DNA of 64,000 nucleotides from Minisyncoccota bacterium. GTDB lineage: Bacteria; Patescibacteriota; Minisyncoccia; UBA6257; JAGOQP01. The position numbers were made by a program, and so were the translations under genes. Of the stretch, positions 28,450 to 38,077 are shown piece after piece. Where the stretch lies: the NCBI GenBank assembly GCA_041674185.1, contig JBAYWE010000001.1, forward strand, positions 893-64,892. The letters run 5' to 3'. The notes under the pieces were generated by a model that searched no databases, was not told where the DNA came from, and saw only the letters and a program-made list of their open reading frames with translations. Numbering within the stretch: position 1 is the first letter of the stretch; each line of letters begins with the position of its first letter.

Positions 28450-28479
28450 ATTATACGGGCATCATGATGTTATGTTCAA
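28450..28479 (-). promoter_or_regulatory. Sigma-70-like promoter (TTGAAC-N18-TATAAT) reading toward the small acidic ORF
   Basis: Minus strand TTGAACataacatcatgatgcccgTATAAT. Directly abuts the 34-bp palindrome at 28483. Confidence 0.35.
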
Positions 28480-28482
28480 TTC

Positions 28483-28516
28483 TCCATATTTTTTCGCGAT
28501 CGCGAAAAAATATGGA
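28483..28516. repeat. Perfect palindrome copy 1: TCCATATTTTTTCGCGATCGCGAAAAAATATGGA
   Basis: 34-bp perfect inverted repeat. The same core recurs at 49382 and 50508. Confidence 0.8.
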
Positions 28517-28597
28517 AAGTTATCTACAGAGAAATTATAGCTAAAAAAGAAGCACCCCTCTCTCCCTTCCTACCCCTCATTCCTCACAACTCACGAC

Positions 28598-29518
28598 TCA
28601 CCTCAAAGTTTCGTATATATTAAGGATCGCCTTTACCGCATCTCCCGCGGCAGTGTTGTTTTGATGGTAGAGTCCGTCCGTACAATCACCAGCAGACCAA
28701 ATACCTTCACGAGAGGTTTGCATTGTTTTATGATCAACAACAATTTGTCCTCGTTCATTCAAAGTAACTAAGTCTTTTATCAAAGCAGTATTTGGATTAT
28801 ATCCAATCGCCACAAACGCCCCAGAAATAGCCATATCCTCTTCTTGTCCAGTACTCGTATTACGAAGATGCGCTTGTTGTAAGAAAACATCTCCGCTAAA
28901 CTCAGTCACCACGGTATTCATACGAATAGACACATGAGGATACGAAGTTATTTTCTCTTGATACACCGGATCACCCCTCAACACATCAGAGCGATTTAAC
29001 AACGTCACGTGTTGCGCATACGGAATCAAATCCAATACGGCTTCGAGTCCACTATTCCCCCCTCCCACAACAATAACGTCTTTTCCCTTCATAAGAGGTG
29101 CGTCACAAATAGAACAGTAGAATACTCCCTTCCCTTCAAATTGTTTTTCTCCAGGTATATCCAATCGTTTATAAGAACTTCCCAAAGCAACAAGAATTGT
29201 CTTTGTGGAAAAAACTTTTCCGGTATGTACCCGTACGTCAAATCCCCCTCCTTCATGAGTAGTAATCTCAGAAACCGTAGACCCGAGAAAAATATCAATA
29301 TCTTGTTGTGCGCGAAGATGTTTTTCTAGTTGTTGAGCAAAATCAAAACCAGATATAGTCTCAATGCCAATAAAATTTTCTATAGATCCCGAATTAACTG
29401 ATTGTCCCCCAATATCTTGGGATATAAGAGCTGTTTTTAATCGTTTTCGCGCAGCATAAATTCCTGCTGCAACACCCGCAGGACCTCCGCCGATAATAAT
29501 AAGATCATACATAATCAA
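28598..29518 (-). CDS. trxB: Thioredoxin-disulfide reductase
   Basis: FAD motif MYDLIIIGGGPAGVAAGIYAARKRL, redox CSICDAP, NADPH GxGxxG (VVGGGNSGLEA). 306 aa. Confidence 0.85.
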   Translation of the reverse strand: MIMYDLIIIGGGPAGVAAGIYAARKRLKTALISQDIGGQSVNSGSIENFIGIETISGFDFAQQLEKHLRAQQDIDIFLGSTVSEITTHEGGGFDVRVHTGKVFSTKTILVALGSSYKRLDIPGEKQFEGKGVFYCSICDAPLMKGKDVIVVGGGNSGLEAVLDLIPYAQHVTLLNRSDVLRGDPVYQEKITSYPHVSIRMNTVVTEFSGDVFLQQAHLRNTSTGQEEDMAISGAFVAIGYNPNTALIKDLVTLNERGQIVVDHKTMQTSREGIWSAGDCTDGLYHQNNTAAGDAVKAILNIYETLR

Positions 29519-29530
29519 TTTTTGAATAAA

Positions 29531-29998
29531 TTATTTTTCTGTAGGAGTGATCGGGTGAATACGAATACCCTTAAGAAGAAAAAGGAGTACCGTAATAAGA
29601 AATCCCGCAATCACCCCAAACCATAGTAACCCGATACCAATCAAAATTCCCACTCCCGCCGTTGCCCAAATCACAGCCGCGGTCGTAAGTCCATGCACTC
29701 TATTTTCATGTTTCATGATAATTCCTGCCCCCAAGAAACCAATACCCACCACCACATTCGCAATCACACTCAAAAAACCACTATTGCGCGCAATAATATC
29801 AGAAACACCCTCAGGAGAAAGAGCAACAAGATACGGCAAAGAAAGAGCAATTAAAGAAAAAAGAGCGGCTCCTCCCGAAACCAACATAGAAGTACGGATT
29901 CCAGCCTCTTTTCCAATATATTCACGCTCAAGCCCAATCAGACATCCGACCGCAAGTGCAATAATAAAGCGCAAAACCATTTCTTCAAGTGATAGCAT
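29531..29998 (-). CDS. MgtC/SapB family membrane protein
   Basis: RFIIALAVGCLIGLEREY... is the MgtC N-terminal signature. 155 aa, 4-5 TM. Confidence 0.7.
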   Translation of the reverse strand: MLSLEEMVLRFIIALAVGCLIGLEREYIGKEAGIRTSMLVSGGAALFSLIALSLPYLVALSPEGVSDIIARNSGFLSVIANVVVGIGFLGAGIIMKHENRVHGLTTAAVIWATAGVGILIGIGLLWFGVIAGFLITVLLFLLKGIRIHPITPTEK

Positions 29999-30103
29999 GT
30001 GTAAGTTAAAATTTAAAGTTAAAAAGTATAAAGTAAGTATAGATTAAATACCATAAAACTCAATGTATAAAACAACACTTTATAACGTGAGAATTTGATG
30101 GCT

Positions 30104-30331
30104 TTATGACTGTAGTGCCTCATCTATCGCCCCCCGATCAAAACCAACGATAATTTTCCCATCAATATCTAACACGGGAACTCCCATTTGACCCGATTTA
30201 CGGATCATTTCTGCTGCCGCCGCATCATCTTCTTGTACATTTACTTCTTTGTACGAAACCTTTTTTTCGTCTAAGTATGCCTTTGCTAATTTGCAGTAAG
30301 AACAAAATGTTGTTGAGTATATAGTAATCAT
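30104..30331 (-). CDS. Glutaredoxin-like protein (NrdH/YruB-type)
   Basis: 75 aa. CxxC CSYC at the N-terminus (TFCSYCKLAKAYL), GVPVL and a thioredoxin-fold pattern. Confidence 0.65.
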   Translation of the reverse strand: MITIYSTTFCSYCKLAKAYLDEKKVSYKEVNVQEDDAAAAEMIRKSGQMGVPVLDIDGKIIVGFDRGAIDEALQS

Positions 30332-30531
30332 GAATTTAAAGTTTTTAATTTTGTAATTTTATGAATAAATTCCAACTCTCAATTTTTAAATAGGTGCATT
30401 TGAAACATTATTTAAAAATTAGAAATTATTCTATCATCCCCCATCAGCTATTTTAAGAAAACATTTCATAAATAAGTATTTAAATAGTATGCATGAAGGA
30501 TGAAATCTCAAAAACAAAAATTGGAACTTGT

Positions 30532-31260
30532 TTATTGAATGAGTGCTTCGTATTCCTTCAGATCAAACGCATTTTCCAAACGGGTTCCATTAATAAATAT
30601 CGTGGGAGTCGAGATATTATTACCAAGAAGTACCTGAGCATCTTTCAAATATTCATCAGTTATAGAGGCGTACGAATCAGAGTCATAACATGTCGTGAAT
30701 GCAGGAATATTCAACCCCCCCTGTTCTGCAAATCCAATAAAAGTATCTCGTGTCAGATTGTTATTATTTTCATTATTCTTTTTCGCAATAATCTCAGAGC
30801 TCTCCACAGAAAGAATTGCATCATGCATGTTCCAAAAACCTTTTTGTTCTCGTGCACATTGTGCAGCACGCGCAGCAGCAAATGATTCTCCTCTCTTGCT
30901 GTATCCATCAATGAAAGAAAGTGTTTTAACAATCATTTTTGCTTTTCCGGTATCAATATACTGTGCCCGTATCTGGGGCTCTATCTGAGCAAAAAATATG
31001 GCACAGGCACTACATTGAAAATCTAAAAACCCTACAATAGTAGAAGATGCATCGGGGTTTCCGAGAACTTCCTCAGAGCGTATTTCGAGGCCAGTACGAC
31101 CATCAGTCACAGGGTCCCCACTCCCGTCAATAGGTTGAGGAGAAGAATTTTTTCCAAAAATAAGAGCTATACTTATAATAGCTATACCCAAAACAACCGC
31201 ACTTCCAATAATAATCCGTTCAAACGAAGATTCCTTTTTATTTGTATTTTTTTCTTGCAT
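30532..31260 (-). CDS. DsbA-like thiol:disulfide oxidoreductase, membrane-anchored
   Basis: TM anchor then FLDFQCSACAIF CxxC in a thioredoxin-like fold. Start placed at the internal M (MQEKNTNKK). The ORF-track start at 31326 would overlap the divergent PGT gene. Confidence 0.55.
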   Translation of the reverse strand: MQEKNTNKKESSFERIIIGSAVVLGIAIISIALIFGKNSSPQPIDGSGDPVTDGRTGLEIRSEEVLGNPDASSTIVGFLDFQCSACAIFFAQIEPQIRAQYIDTGKAKMIVKTLSFIDGYSKRGESFAAARAAQCAREQKGFWNMHDAILSVESSEIIAKKNNENNNNLTRDTFIGFAEQGGLNIPAFTTCYDSDSYASITDEYLKDAQVLLGNNISTPTIFINGTRLENAFDLKEYEALIQ

Positions 31261-31305
31261 AACATACGATATATATATTACCAAATCGACTAACCAAGAG
31301 TATAA

Positions 31306-32619
31306 ATGATCGTAAAAATAAAGCAAACATTGCTGGCAATAGGAGATATTATCGCATTATATCTCAGTTTAATAGCGGCGCTGCTCATGCGGTATGGGTA
31401 TATAAATGAAGAATATAGCCATGCACACCTCGGTCCATTTTCAATTATTTTCATACTATGGATTGCTATATTCTATATCGTAGGACTGTATGATATCCGC
31501 AATTTAAAAAATACGCTCTCATTTATGAGAAAATTTGGCGTCAGCATTCTCGCGGGTGCCGTAAGTTCCATAACATTATTTTATATCATTCCGTACTTCC
31601 ATATTTCTCCCAAAAGAAATCTCGCGCTATTTTTAGGTATATTTATTATAGTAGGAGGAATGTGGCGATTATTTTTTAATCGTACCATTCGCGTACCGCA
31701 ACGACGCGTCGTACTTATGGGAGAAGGAGAAGAATTAAATGAACTCGCTGTACATATGCGCGAAAATCCACAGATTGGATACCACGTAGTGCATCATATC
31801 ACCACCCTCCAAGAAAATCAGACGGCCCAAGAATTGAAAGCTATCCACCATCCAGATACCATTATCATCAGCGAAACACTGCACGCGCCAACCCTTATGA
31901 AAGAATTATCATCGGAGGCAATGCACGGAATAGAAATTATTGATAGCACGACCGCCTATCAAATAATATTTAAAAAACTACCTCTTTCACAAATGCACGA
32001 ATTGTGGATTATTACACGACTCTCTCGTGCAAAACGAGTACATGAAACCATGAAGCAGGTGTATGAGCCTATAGCCGCTCTATTACTTTGTATAGGACTC
32101 TCACCTCTCTTACTCGCTATCTACATACTTATTATAAGCACCTCTCGAGGACCAGGGATTTATAAACAAATACGAGTGGGAAAAGGAGAAGAAAAATTTT
32201 GGATATATAAATTCCGTACCATGCGCGTAGACGCAGAAAAGAATGGAGCGGTCTTTGCACAGAAAAATGACACACGTATTACGAAAGTCGGCACCTGGTT
32301 ACGGTTTTCTCACCTCGATGAACTCCCTCAAATTTTTAATGTGATACGCGGAGACCTATCTTTCGTAGGACCTCGTCCTGAACGTCCCGAGTTTATTATT
32401 CAGCTCAAAAAAGAAATTCCTCACTATGAGTTACGACATCTCGTGCGACCCGGTATCACCGGATGGGCACAGGTAAACTATCGAGCAAATGTAAATTTAG
32501 TAGAAGACACCTATCATAAATTGCAATACGACATGTTTTATATTCAAGAACGATCCTTTATATTTGATGTTCTCACCATATTAAAAACAATTAAAATGTT
32601 TCTCTTTAATTATAGATAG
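31306..32619 (+). CDS. Polyprenyl-phosphate sugar phosphotransferase (bacterial sugar transferase, WbaP/WecA-like initiating PGT)
   Basis: 4 N-terminal TMs plus C-terminal motifs ISTSRGPGIYKQIRVGKGEEKFWIYKFRTM and LDELPQIFNVIRGDLSFVGPRPERPEF (PF02397). Confidence 0.8.
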   Translation: MIVKIKQTLLAIGDIIALYLSLIAALLMRYGYINEEYSHAHLGPFSIIFILWIAIFYIVGLYDIRNLKNTLSFMRKFGVSILAGAVSSITLFYIIPYFHISPKRNLALFLGIFIIVGGMWRLFFNRTIRVPQRRVVLMGEGEELNELAVHMRENPQIGYHVVHHITTLQENQTAQELKAIHHPDTIIISETLHAPTLMKELSSEAMHGIEIIDSTTAYQIIFKKLPLSQMHELWIITRLSRAKRVHETMKQVYEPIAALLLCIGLSPLLLAIYILIISTSRGPGIYKQIRVGKGEEKFWIYKFRTMRVDAEKNGAVFAQKNDTRITKVGTWLRFSHLDELPQIFNVIRGDLSFVGPRPERPEFIIQLKKEIPHYELRHLVRPGITGWAQVNYRANVNLVEDTYHKLQYDMFYIQERSFIFDVLTILKTIKMFLFNYR

Positions 32620-32716
32620 ATAGGTATTACCTTACTTATTTTAAAATATGCCCTTGATTAGGGCGTATTTTTATGGTATCATATAGTCAGTTCATAATAA
32701 CAATTAGGAAGGAAAA

Positions 32717-33325
32717 ATGAAAACATGGATTAGGGAACATATCCTAGAAATGAGATTATCCATAGAAAAAAAGCGGGGGGCTATAGAACAGCAAAAAATA
32801 AAAATGAAAGGCTTTTTAAGAGGAGAATATATTGCCCTTAAAAAAGATTTTGGCGCAGGAGTAATACTCATCCTCACCATAGGAGTGATCCTATTGCTCA
32901 TCCAAGTAGTTATGAAAGTACTCGCACCAATCGTACTCATAACCAACAATGAATTATTTCAAATATTATTGTCTCTTGGTATAATACTCATTCTTGGACT
33001 TCTCTCACGGAAATTAAAGGAAAACGAGAAGACCGCATGGCTCGTTGACTTCTTGCCATCAAAATCAATGGATCAACCAGAGATGATCTTCTGGCATGAA
33101 GAAAAATATTGTTCTGGAATCTTAATAGGATATAGAGAAATTAAGACTCCAGGAGGAATCACTATAAAATTTGCGGAAATATCGGAGGTAAATATAGGAC
33201 CAACAGGAATAAGCATGTTATCTCCAAAATTTATTTCCGTGCTGTCGGAGGATTTACAGCCAACAGGAAGGAAACTAAAAGACGTAGCAAAGAGACTGGC
33301 TACATTAGGAACTATACCAAATTAA
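32717..33325 (+). CDS. Hypothetical membrane protein
   Basis: 202 aa, two TM helices. Good RBS AGGAAGGAAAAATG. Confidence 0.4.
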   Translation: MKTWIREHILEMRLSIEKKRGAIEQQKIKMKGFLRGEYIALKKDFGAGVILILTIGVILLLIQVVMKVLAPIVLITNNELFQILLSLGIILILGLLSRKLKENEKTAWLVDFLPSKSMDQPEMIFWHEEKYCSGILIGYREIKTPGGITIKFAEISEVNIGPTGISMLSPKFISVLSEDLQPTGRKLKDVAKRLATLGTIPN

Positions 33326-33344
33326 TTTTTCTAAAAACAAGTTC

Positions 33345-33369
33345 GGAGCGCAAAACGCTCCATTTTTTT
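33345..33369. terminator. Bidirectional terminator
   Basis: ggagcg-caaaa-cgctcc + attttttt, between the converging genes. Confidence 0.5.
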
Positions 33370-34855
33370 ATTCTATTTCAGTTTGAGGAACATTCCCTTT
33401 TCGCAATGCCATAGCCTTATTCCATACAAATATAACACTCTCTTCGCGCAACAGAAAAAGCGCAATAGCATAAACCACCATACTTATAAAAATATTTATA
33501 TATAAATTAATTTCCAACATACGGAACAATAAAAGTATGAGAGCCATAGCTACAGTTGCCCCAATCAATTTTTCAATTTGATGTAGAATACGAAATTGTA
33601 ACTCCTTGCGTAAGAAATGAATAAGATATAGCGTGAGAATAACCTGATTAAGTACGGTTGAAATCGCTGCTCCCTCAATACCAAATAATGGAATTAAGAG
33701 AAGATTAAATAGAAAGTTTCCAAAAATACCAATAAGAACATAGGCAATAAGCTTCTTTTCCTTATTAAGAGCAAAAAAGGCGTTACCAAACATAATAGCA
33801 ATAAAAGCAGGAACAAAAGTCAAACTCAATATACCAAACGGACCAGCGGCAGAGTAATATAGAGAACCATAGAGAAGCTGAATGATTTGTCGCGAAAGAA
33901 GAAATCCCCCAACCGTAAGAGGAATCGCAAATAACATCAATAATGAGACACCTCGTTCTAATAATTTTCTTAGTAGTTCGCTATCTTTAATAGCCCGAGA
34001 CATAGAAGGAAAAAAGGCGGTGGCAAGCAACGCGGGGATCATATAAATAATTTGTATGATGCGCTGAGCAGCACCATAGTATCCAACATCATCTATGGTA
34101 CCAAACCATCCAACCATAATCGTATCCGTGTTAAGCATAATCGCCCCCATAACTCCCAGCATACCAAACGGCCAACATGAAACTAATATTTTCTTCGCGA
34201 GTTTTTTATCAAAATTATTCCACAGATTCTTAAAATAAGATCGGTATGGATAAAATGCGACTATCATACCAAGCCCTGTGCCCGCAACATACCCCCACAC
34301 TAAAGAATATGCAGTACGAGAAATATATAAAGAAAGAAATCCAACAAGAGCAATTATTGCATTCGTAAAGACCTGAACGAATGACTCAACTTCCATACGA
34401 TCCCATGCACGAGAGAGAGTTGCTCCAAAATCCCGAAGTCCATCTAATCCAAGCATGAACAACGTAAGTGGAATAAGGATCAGCACCTCATGTTGTTTAA
34501 CAAAATATGGAGCACCGAGAACCACTGCACAAATAACAATAAAAAGAAATAGAATCTTTACTAAGAGAGCAGTAGAAAAATATTTATGCTGTAAACTAAT
34601 ATCACGAGCAGACTCTCTCGTGATAATCGCGTTAATACCAAAATCTACAAATATAGTGAATAGCGCCGCTAAACTAAGCACATAAGAAAACACCCCCCAT
34701 TCAGTAGTTCCCATAACCCGGGCGGCATATATTAGAATAACCGCCTTAAGAAAACGAGATAGAATAGATCCAAAAAACAGCCAAAAAGTATTTTTCGCTA
34801 TAGTCTGTCCAGTAGTTTTATTTTCTAAGAGGAAAGACTTTACACGCTGTATCAT
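33368..34855 (-). CDS. Polysaccharide flippase (Wzx/MOP superfamily)
   Basis: 495 aa, ~12-14 TM helices, typical oligosaccharide flippase composition. Confidence 0.65.
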   Translation of the reverse strand: MIQRVKSFLLENKTTGQTIAKNTFWLFFGSILSRFLKAVILIYAARVMGTTEWGVFSYVLSLAALFTIFVDFGINAIITRESARDISLQHKYFSTALLVKILFLFIVICAVVLGAPYFVKQHEVLILIPLTLFMLGLDGLRDFGATLSRAWDRMEVESFVQVFTNAIIALVGFLSLYISRTAYSLVWGYVAGTGLGMIVAFYPYRSYFKNLWNNFDKKLAKKILVSCWPFGMLGVMGAIMLNTDTIMVGWFGTIDDVGYYGAAQRIIQIIYMIPALLATAFFPSMSRAIKDSELLRKLLERGVSLLMLFAIPLTVGGFLLSRQIIQLLYGSLYYSAAGPFGILSLTFVPAFIAIMFGNAFFALNKEKKLIAYVLIGIFGNFLFNLLLIPLFGIEGAAISTVLNQVILTLYLIHFLRKELQFRILHQIEKLIGATVAMALILLLFRMLEINLYINIFISMVVYAIALFLLREESVIFVWNKAMALRKGNVPQTEIE

Positions 34856-34867
34856 ATATAAACCACA

Positions 34868-35986
34868 TTACATGGTTTTTAAATATTTTTCCACCTCATC
34901 AATAAATCGAGTATATATAAATAGAGCGTGAGCCTTCTGACATGCGGCTTGTGCATATTTCTCTCTTAATACATCGTCATTAAGAAGAGTTATTATTGCT
35001 TTAGCAAACCCCTCAACATCTCGTATAGCAACCGTAATGCCCGTCTCACCATCAACACTGACCTCAGGAACTCCTGTAGGAAGATTGGTATTTATCACAC
35101 ATTTACCACACATCATAGCTTCCGCTTGTGTGATACCAAACACCTCTCCATTTCCACAAGAAGGGAATGCGAAGATATCACACGCATAATAATATGGAAC
35201 GAGTTCATGCGAAGAAATGAGCGAAGGAATAATATGAACACGATCCGAAACACCAAGATGGATGGCAAGAGATATAAGCTTATCATGGAGAATCCCCGAT
35301 CCAATAATTAATACATGGACAGAAGGAACTGAAACGATTGATCTAATGAGATATTCAAATCCTTTATAATAAATAAGTCTTCCAACCCCTAAAATAAGAG
35401 GTGTTCCGTATATATTCCGAATATCCTGAGCTTTTTGTACGATCTCAGGGGTTTGGGCGTACGCCTCTGGCTTTAATCCAAAATAAATTATTCGGCATGA
35501 ATCAGAAAATTTTTTTAAAATGGGTGAATATGAAACAAGACGAGAATTTGAAACAAAAATATGACGAGCGCGACGCAACATAAACAATAAAAATGGCTGA
35601 AAAAATATTCGCGTTATTTTTTGTCGAATAATATCAGAATGATACCAAACAACAACTTGTTTTCGTCTTCCAAATAACCAATATGCAACACAGGCAAGGG
35701 GAAATGGATGATGTATAAGAATTACATCAAAATCCTGAGCCATTTTCCTAAATAAAGAAAAAAACTGTAAAGAAAGAGGCATCCCCATAAATACACCAAA
35801 ACTTTTTGCGCGATGAGTAACAACATCATCTATAATATCCCGAGCATACGAACCCCGCGACTGGCAAACTAAATTCTCTATGTATATACCGTCTTTCATA
35901 GACAAACCAGAGGCGATATCACGCGCCACAGTCTCGACTCCCCCAACCCAAGGAGCATATAATTTATTGATTTGAAGAATTTTCAT
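34868..35986 (-). CDS. Glycosyltransferase family 4
   Basis: EVFGITQAEAMMCGKCVINTNLPTGVPE is the GT4 E-x7-E region. Start placed at the internal M (MKILQINKLYAPWVGG). Confidence 0.7.
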   Translation of the reverse strand: MKILQINKLYAPWVGGVETVARDIASGLSMKDGIYIENLVCQSRGSYARDIIDDVVTHRAKSFGVFMGMPLSLQFFSLFRKMAQDFDVILIHHPFPLACVAYWLFGRRKQVVVWYHSDIIRQKITRIFFQPFLLFMLRRARHIFVSNSRLVSYSPILKKFSDSCRIIYFGLKPEAYAQTPEIVQKAQDIRNIYGTPLILGVGRLIYYKGFEYLIRSIVSVPSVHVLIIGSGILHDKLISLAIHLGVSDRVHIIPSLISSHELVPYYYACDIFAFPSCGNGEVFGITQAEAMMCGKCVINTNLPTGVPEVSVDGETGITVAIRDVEGFAKAIITLLNDDVLREKYAQAACQKAHALFIYTRFIDEVEKYLKTM

Positions 35987-37091
35987 GATTTGTGTGTGAT
36001 ATAAGTGAATTGTATACAACGTGGTATTGAGAAACCATACCTGAGATAGAATACCGTTCGGTCACCAGCTGGTATGCGCGCTGAACCATATACTCAGAGT
36101 CTTTAGGATGCTCTTGTATGAACCGTATACACCGAGCAAGAGCATTAAAATCTCCCCTTTCAAAAAGTAATCCAGTTTGATTATTATGTACTAATTCCAC
36201 CACTCCGTGAACTCGAGATGCTATGACTGGTTTTTTAAGAATCATGGATTCTAGTAGTGCTATGGGAAGACCCTCCCATCGAGTAGAAAGAACAGAAACA
36301 TCAAAAACTTCCTTAATAAAGAATAAAGTATTCTGCCCATCACCAAGAAAAAGAATGTTGGTTAAATGCAAATTATTTGCTTCTTTTTGTAACATATTCA
36401 AATCAGGACCAGAGCCAATAACAAGAAGACAAAACAGGTGTTGATCTAAAAGATTCATTGCACGAAGAAGCGTTTTTATATCTTTCTGATAATGCAATCG
36501 AGCAATAGTCCCAATAACAAATCTTTTTGAAATAAAATCTTTTATCTCTTTTCGGAGAATGTGAGGTAAAACAGCAGTATTTTTAACACCATTTTCTATA
36601 ACCTGCACTCGCTCAAGAGGAGCTAGGTTTTTTGATATCAACAATTTTCCATCATCTTGACCGACACAAATAATCCGATCGACACAGTAATTACTTATCT
36701 TCTCAAAAAGAAACAAACATCCGGTAATAATAGTTTTTCTGTGCAAAAAATGCAGTCCGTGAATGGTGTAAATGATGCGTGGCTTCTTTCCTCTTATAAG
36801 GAGAATGGGGGTGATTATTTTAATAAGAAAACCAGCCCGTACCCCATGTGCATGTACTATATCTGGAGATTCTCGAATAACGCAACGATAGAGGGTAAAC
36901 ACAGTAGTTAAAATATTTAACGAAGACGGAAAATAGGAAATGACACCCATGTCTTCTAAGAAAATAGCCCGCTGGGGAGAAAAAAATACAAAAGTAAAAA
37001 AAGAATGAAGCCCGTGGTAAATACTCAAAGAAACCCGCTCTCCCCCACTCAGAGAACCACTCGAATGTATAACAAAAATCTTAGGCTTCAT
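35964..37091 (-). CDS. Glycosyltransferase family 4
   Basis: WEGLPIALLESMILKKPVIASRVHGVVELV, GT4 motif. Confidence 0.7.
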   Translation of the reverse strand: MKPKIFVIHSSGSLSGGERVSLSIYHGLHSFFTFVFFSPQRAIFLEDMGVISYFPSSLNILTTVFTLYRCVIRESPDIVHAHGVRAGFLIKIITPILLIRGKKPRIIYTIHGLHFLHRKTIITGCLFLFEKISNYCVDRIICVGQDDGKLLISKNLAPLERVQVIENGVKNTAVLPHILRKEIKDFISKRFVIGTIARLHYQKDIKTLLRAMNLLDQHLFCLLVIGSGPDLNMLQKEANNLHLTNILFLGDGQNTLFFIKEVFDVSVLSTRWEGLPIALLESMILKKPVIASRVHGVVELVHNNQTGLLFERGDFNALARCIRFIQEHPKDSEYMVQRAYQLVTERYSISGMVSQYHVVYNSLISHTNHENSSNQ

Positions 37092-38058
37092 ATTTTTGAA
37101 TTATTGATTTGAAAATATTAAAAGATTCTGGAAAACGTATACGAAACGTATATAATCGAAATCTCCACAGAAGAGTCCTCTGAATAAATCTTAGAAGGCT
37201 TTCTATTACTAAGTATACACGAGTTCCAAAAAAAGAAATAAAGTAAAGTAATAACGAAAATATGGAAAACTTAACTCTAAGCGCTTTTTTAAAATAACAT
37301 CTTCCCATAGAAAGATCTCCGGTACGACTATAGAAATTTCCCAGACGAGAATAGAGTGAAACTGCGTCTTCCGGAAATAGAGTAGTATCGGAAAGATCAT
37401 TAAGTAGTGACTGAATACGTTGTATAAATATTTTATTGTGGATTAAATCAATGTGAGAATTTTGCTTTCGATGTCGATTATAAATAGTAAGTGGCTCAGT
37501 ATATATAGCTATATGTGTTTTCGTTTTTTTCTGTTGTGTATCTCGAATTAACAGTCCAATTTCATCAACACCATTCTGGTCTGCTTTAAAAAATTGACCA
37601 GACACAAGAACGTCCTTCTTCATCATAAGATTAAGCGGAACAAATGTCGCACAATCAATAAATTTTCTGGTATCTAAATCAAAAACCCAACTGAAACCAC
37701 TTAAAATAGTAATGTGTGGATGATCTTTAAAAAATTGTAGCTTCTTGGCAATATACTCGGGAAAGAAGAGATCGTCTTGATCTATAAACGCAATAAAATC
37801 CCCTCGCGCAATTTTGCACCCCTGCGTTCGAGGAATTGCAGGACCACCCATATTCGAATCTAAAAAAATGGTCTGGATCCGTTGATCAGTAAAAGATGAG
37901 ATAATATTTCTTGTTGTGTCAGATGAATTATCGTCAATAATAATAAGCTCAAAATTAGAAAAAGTTTGAGCAAGAACACTCCGAATAGTGCGGGCAACAG
38001 TACGCTCGCCATTATATGTGGGCAATATCACCGAAACAGTAGCATGTGAAGTTTCCAT
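37081..38058 (-). CDS. Glycosyltransferase family 2
   Basis: VSVILPTYNGERTVARTIRSVLAQTFSNFELIIIDDNSSD, GT2 DxD context. Confidence 0.75.
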   Translation of the reverse strand: METSHATVSVILPTYNGERTVARTIRSVLAQTFSNFELIIIDDNSSDTTRNIISSFTDQRIQTIFLDSNMGGPAIPRTQGCKIARGDFIAFIDQDDLFFPEYIAKKLQFFKDHPHITILSGFSWVFDLDTRKFIDCATFVPLNLMMKKDVLVSGQFFKADQNGVDEIGLLIRDTQQKKTKTHIAIYTEPLTIYNRHRKQNSHIDLIHNKIFIQRIQSLLNDLSDTTLFPEDAVSLYSRLGNFYSRTGDLSMGRCYFKKALRVKFSIFSLLLYFISFFGTRVYLVIESLLRFIQRTLLWRFRLYTFRIRFPESFNIFKSIIQKYEA

Positions 38059-38077
38059 AAAGAGTGTGTTGATTATA

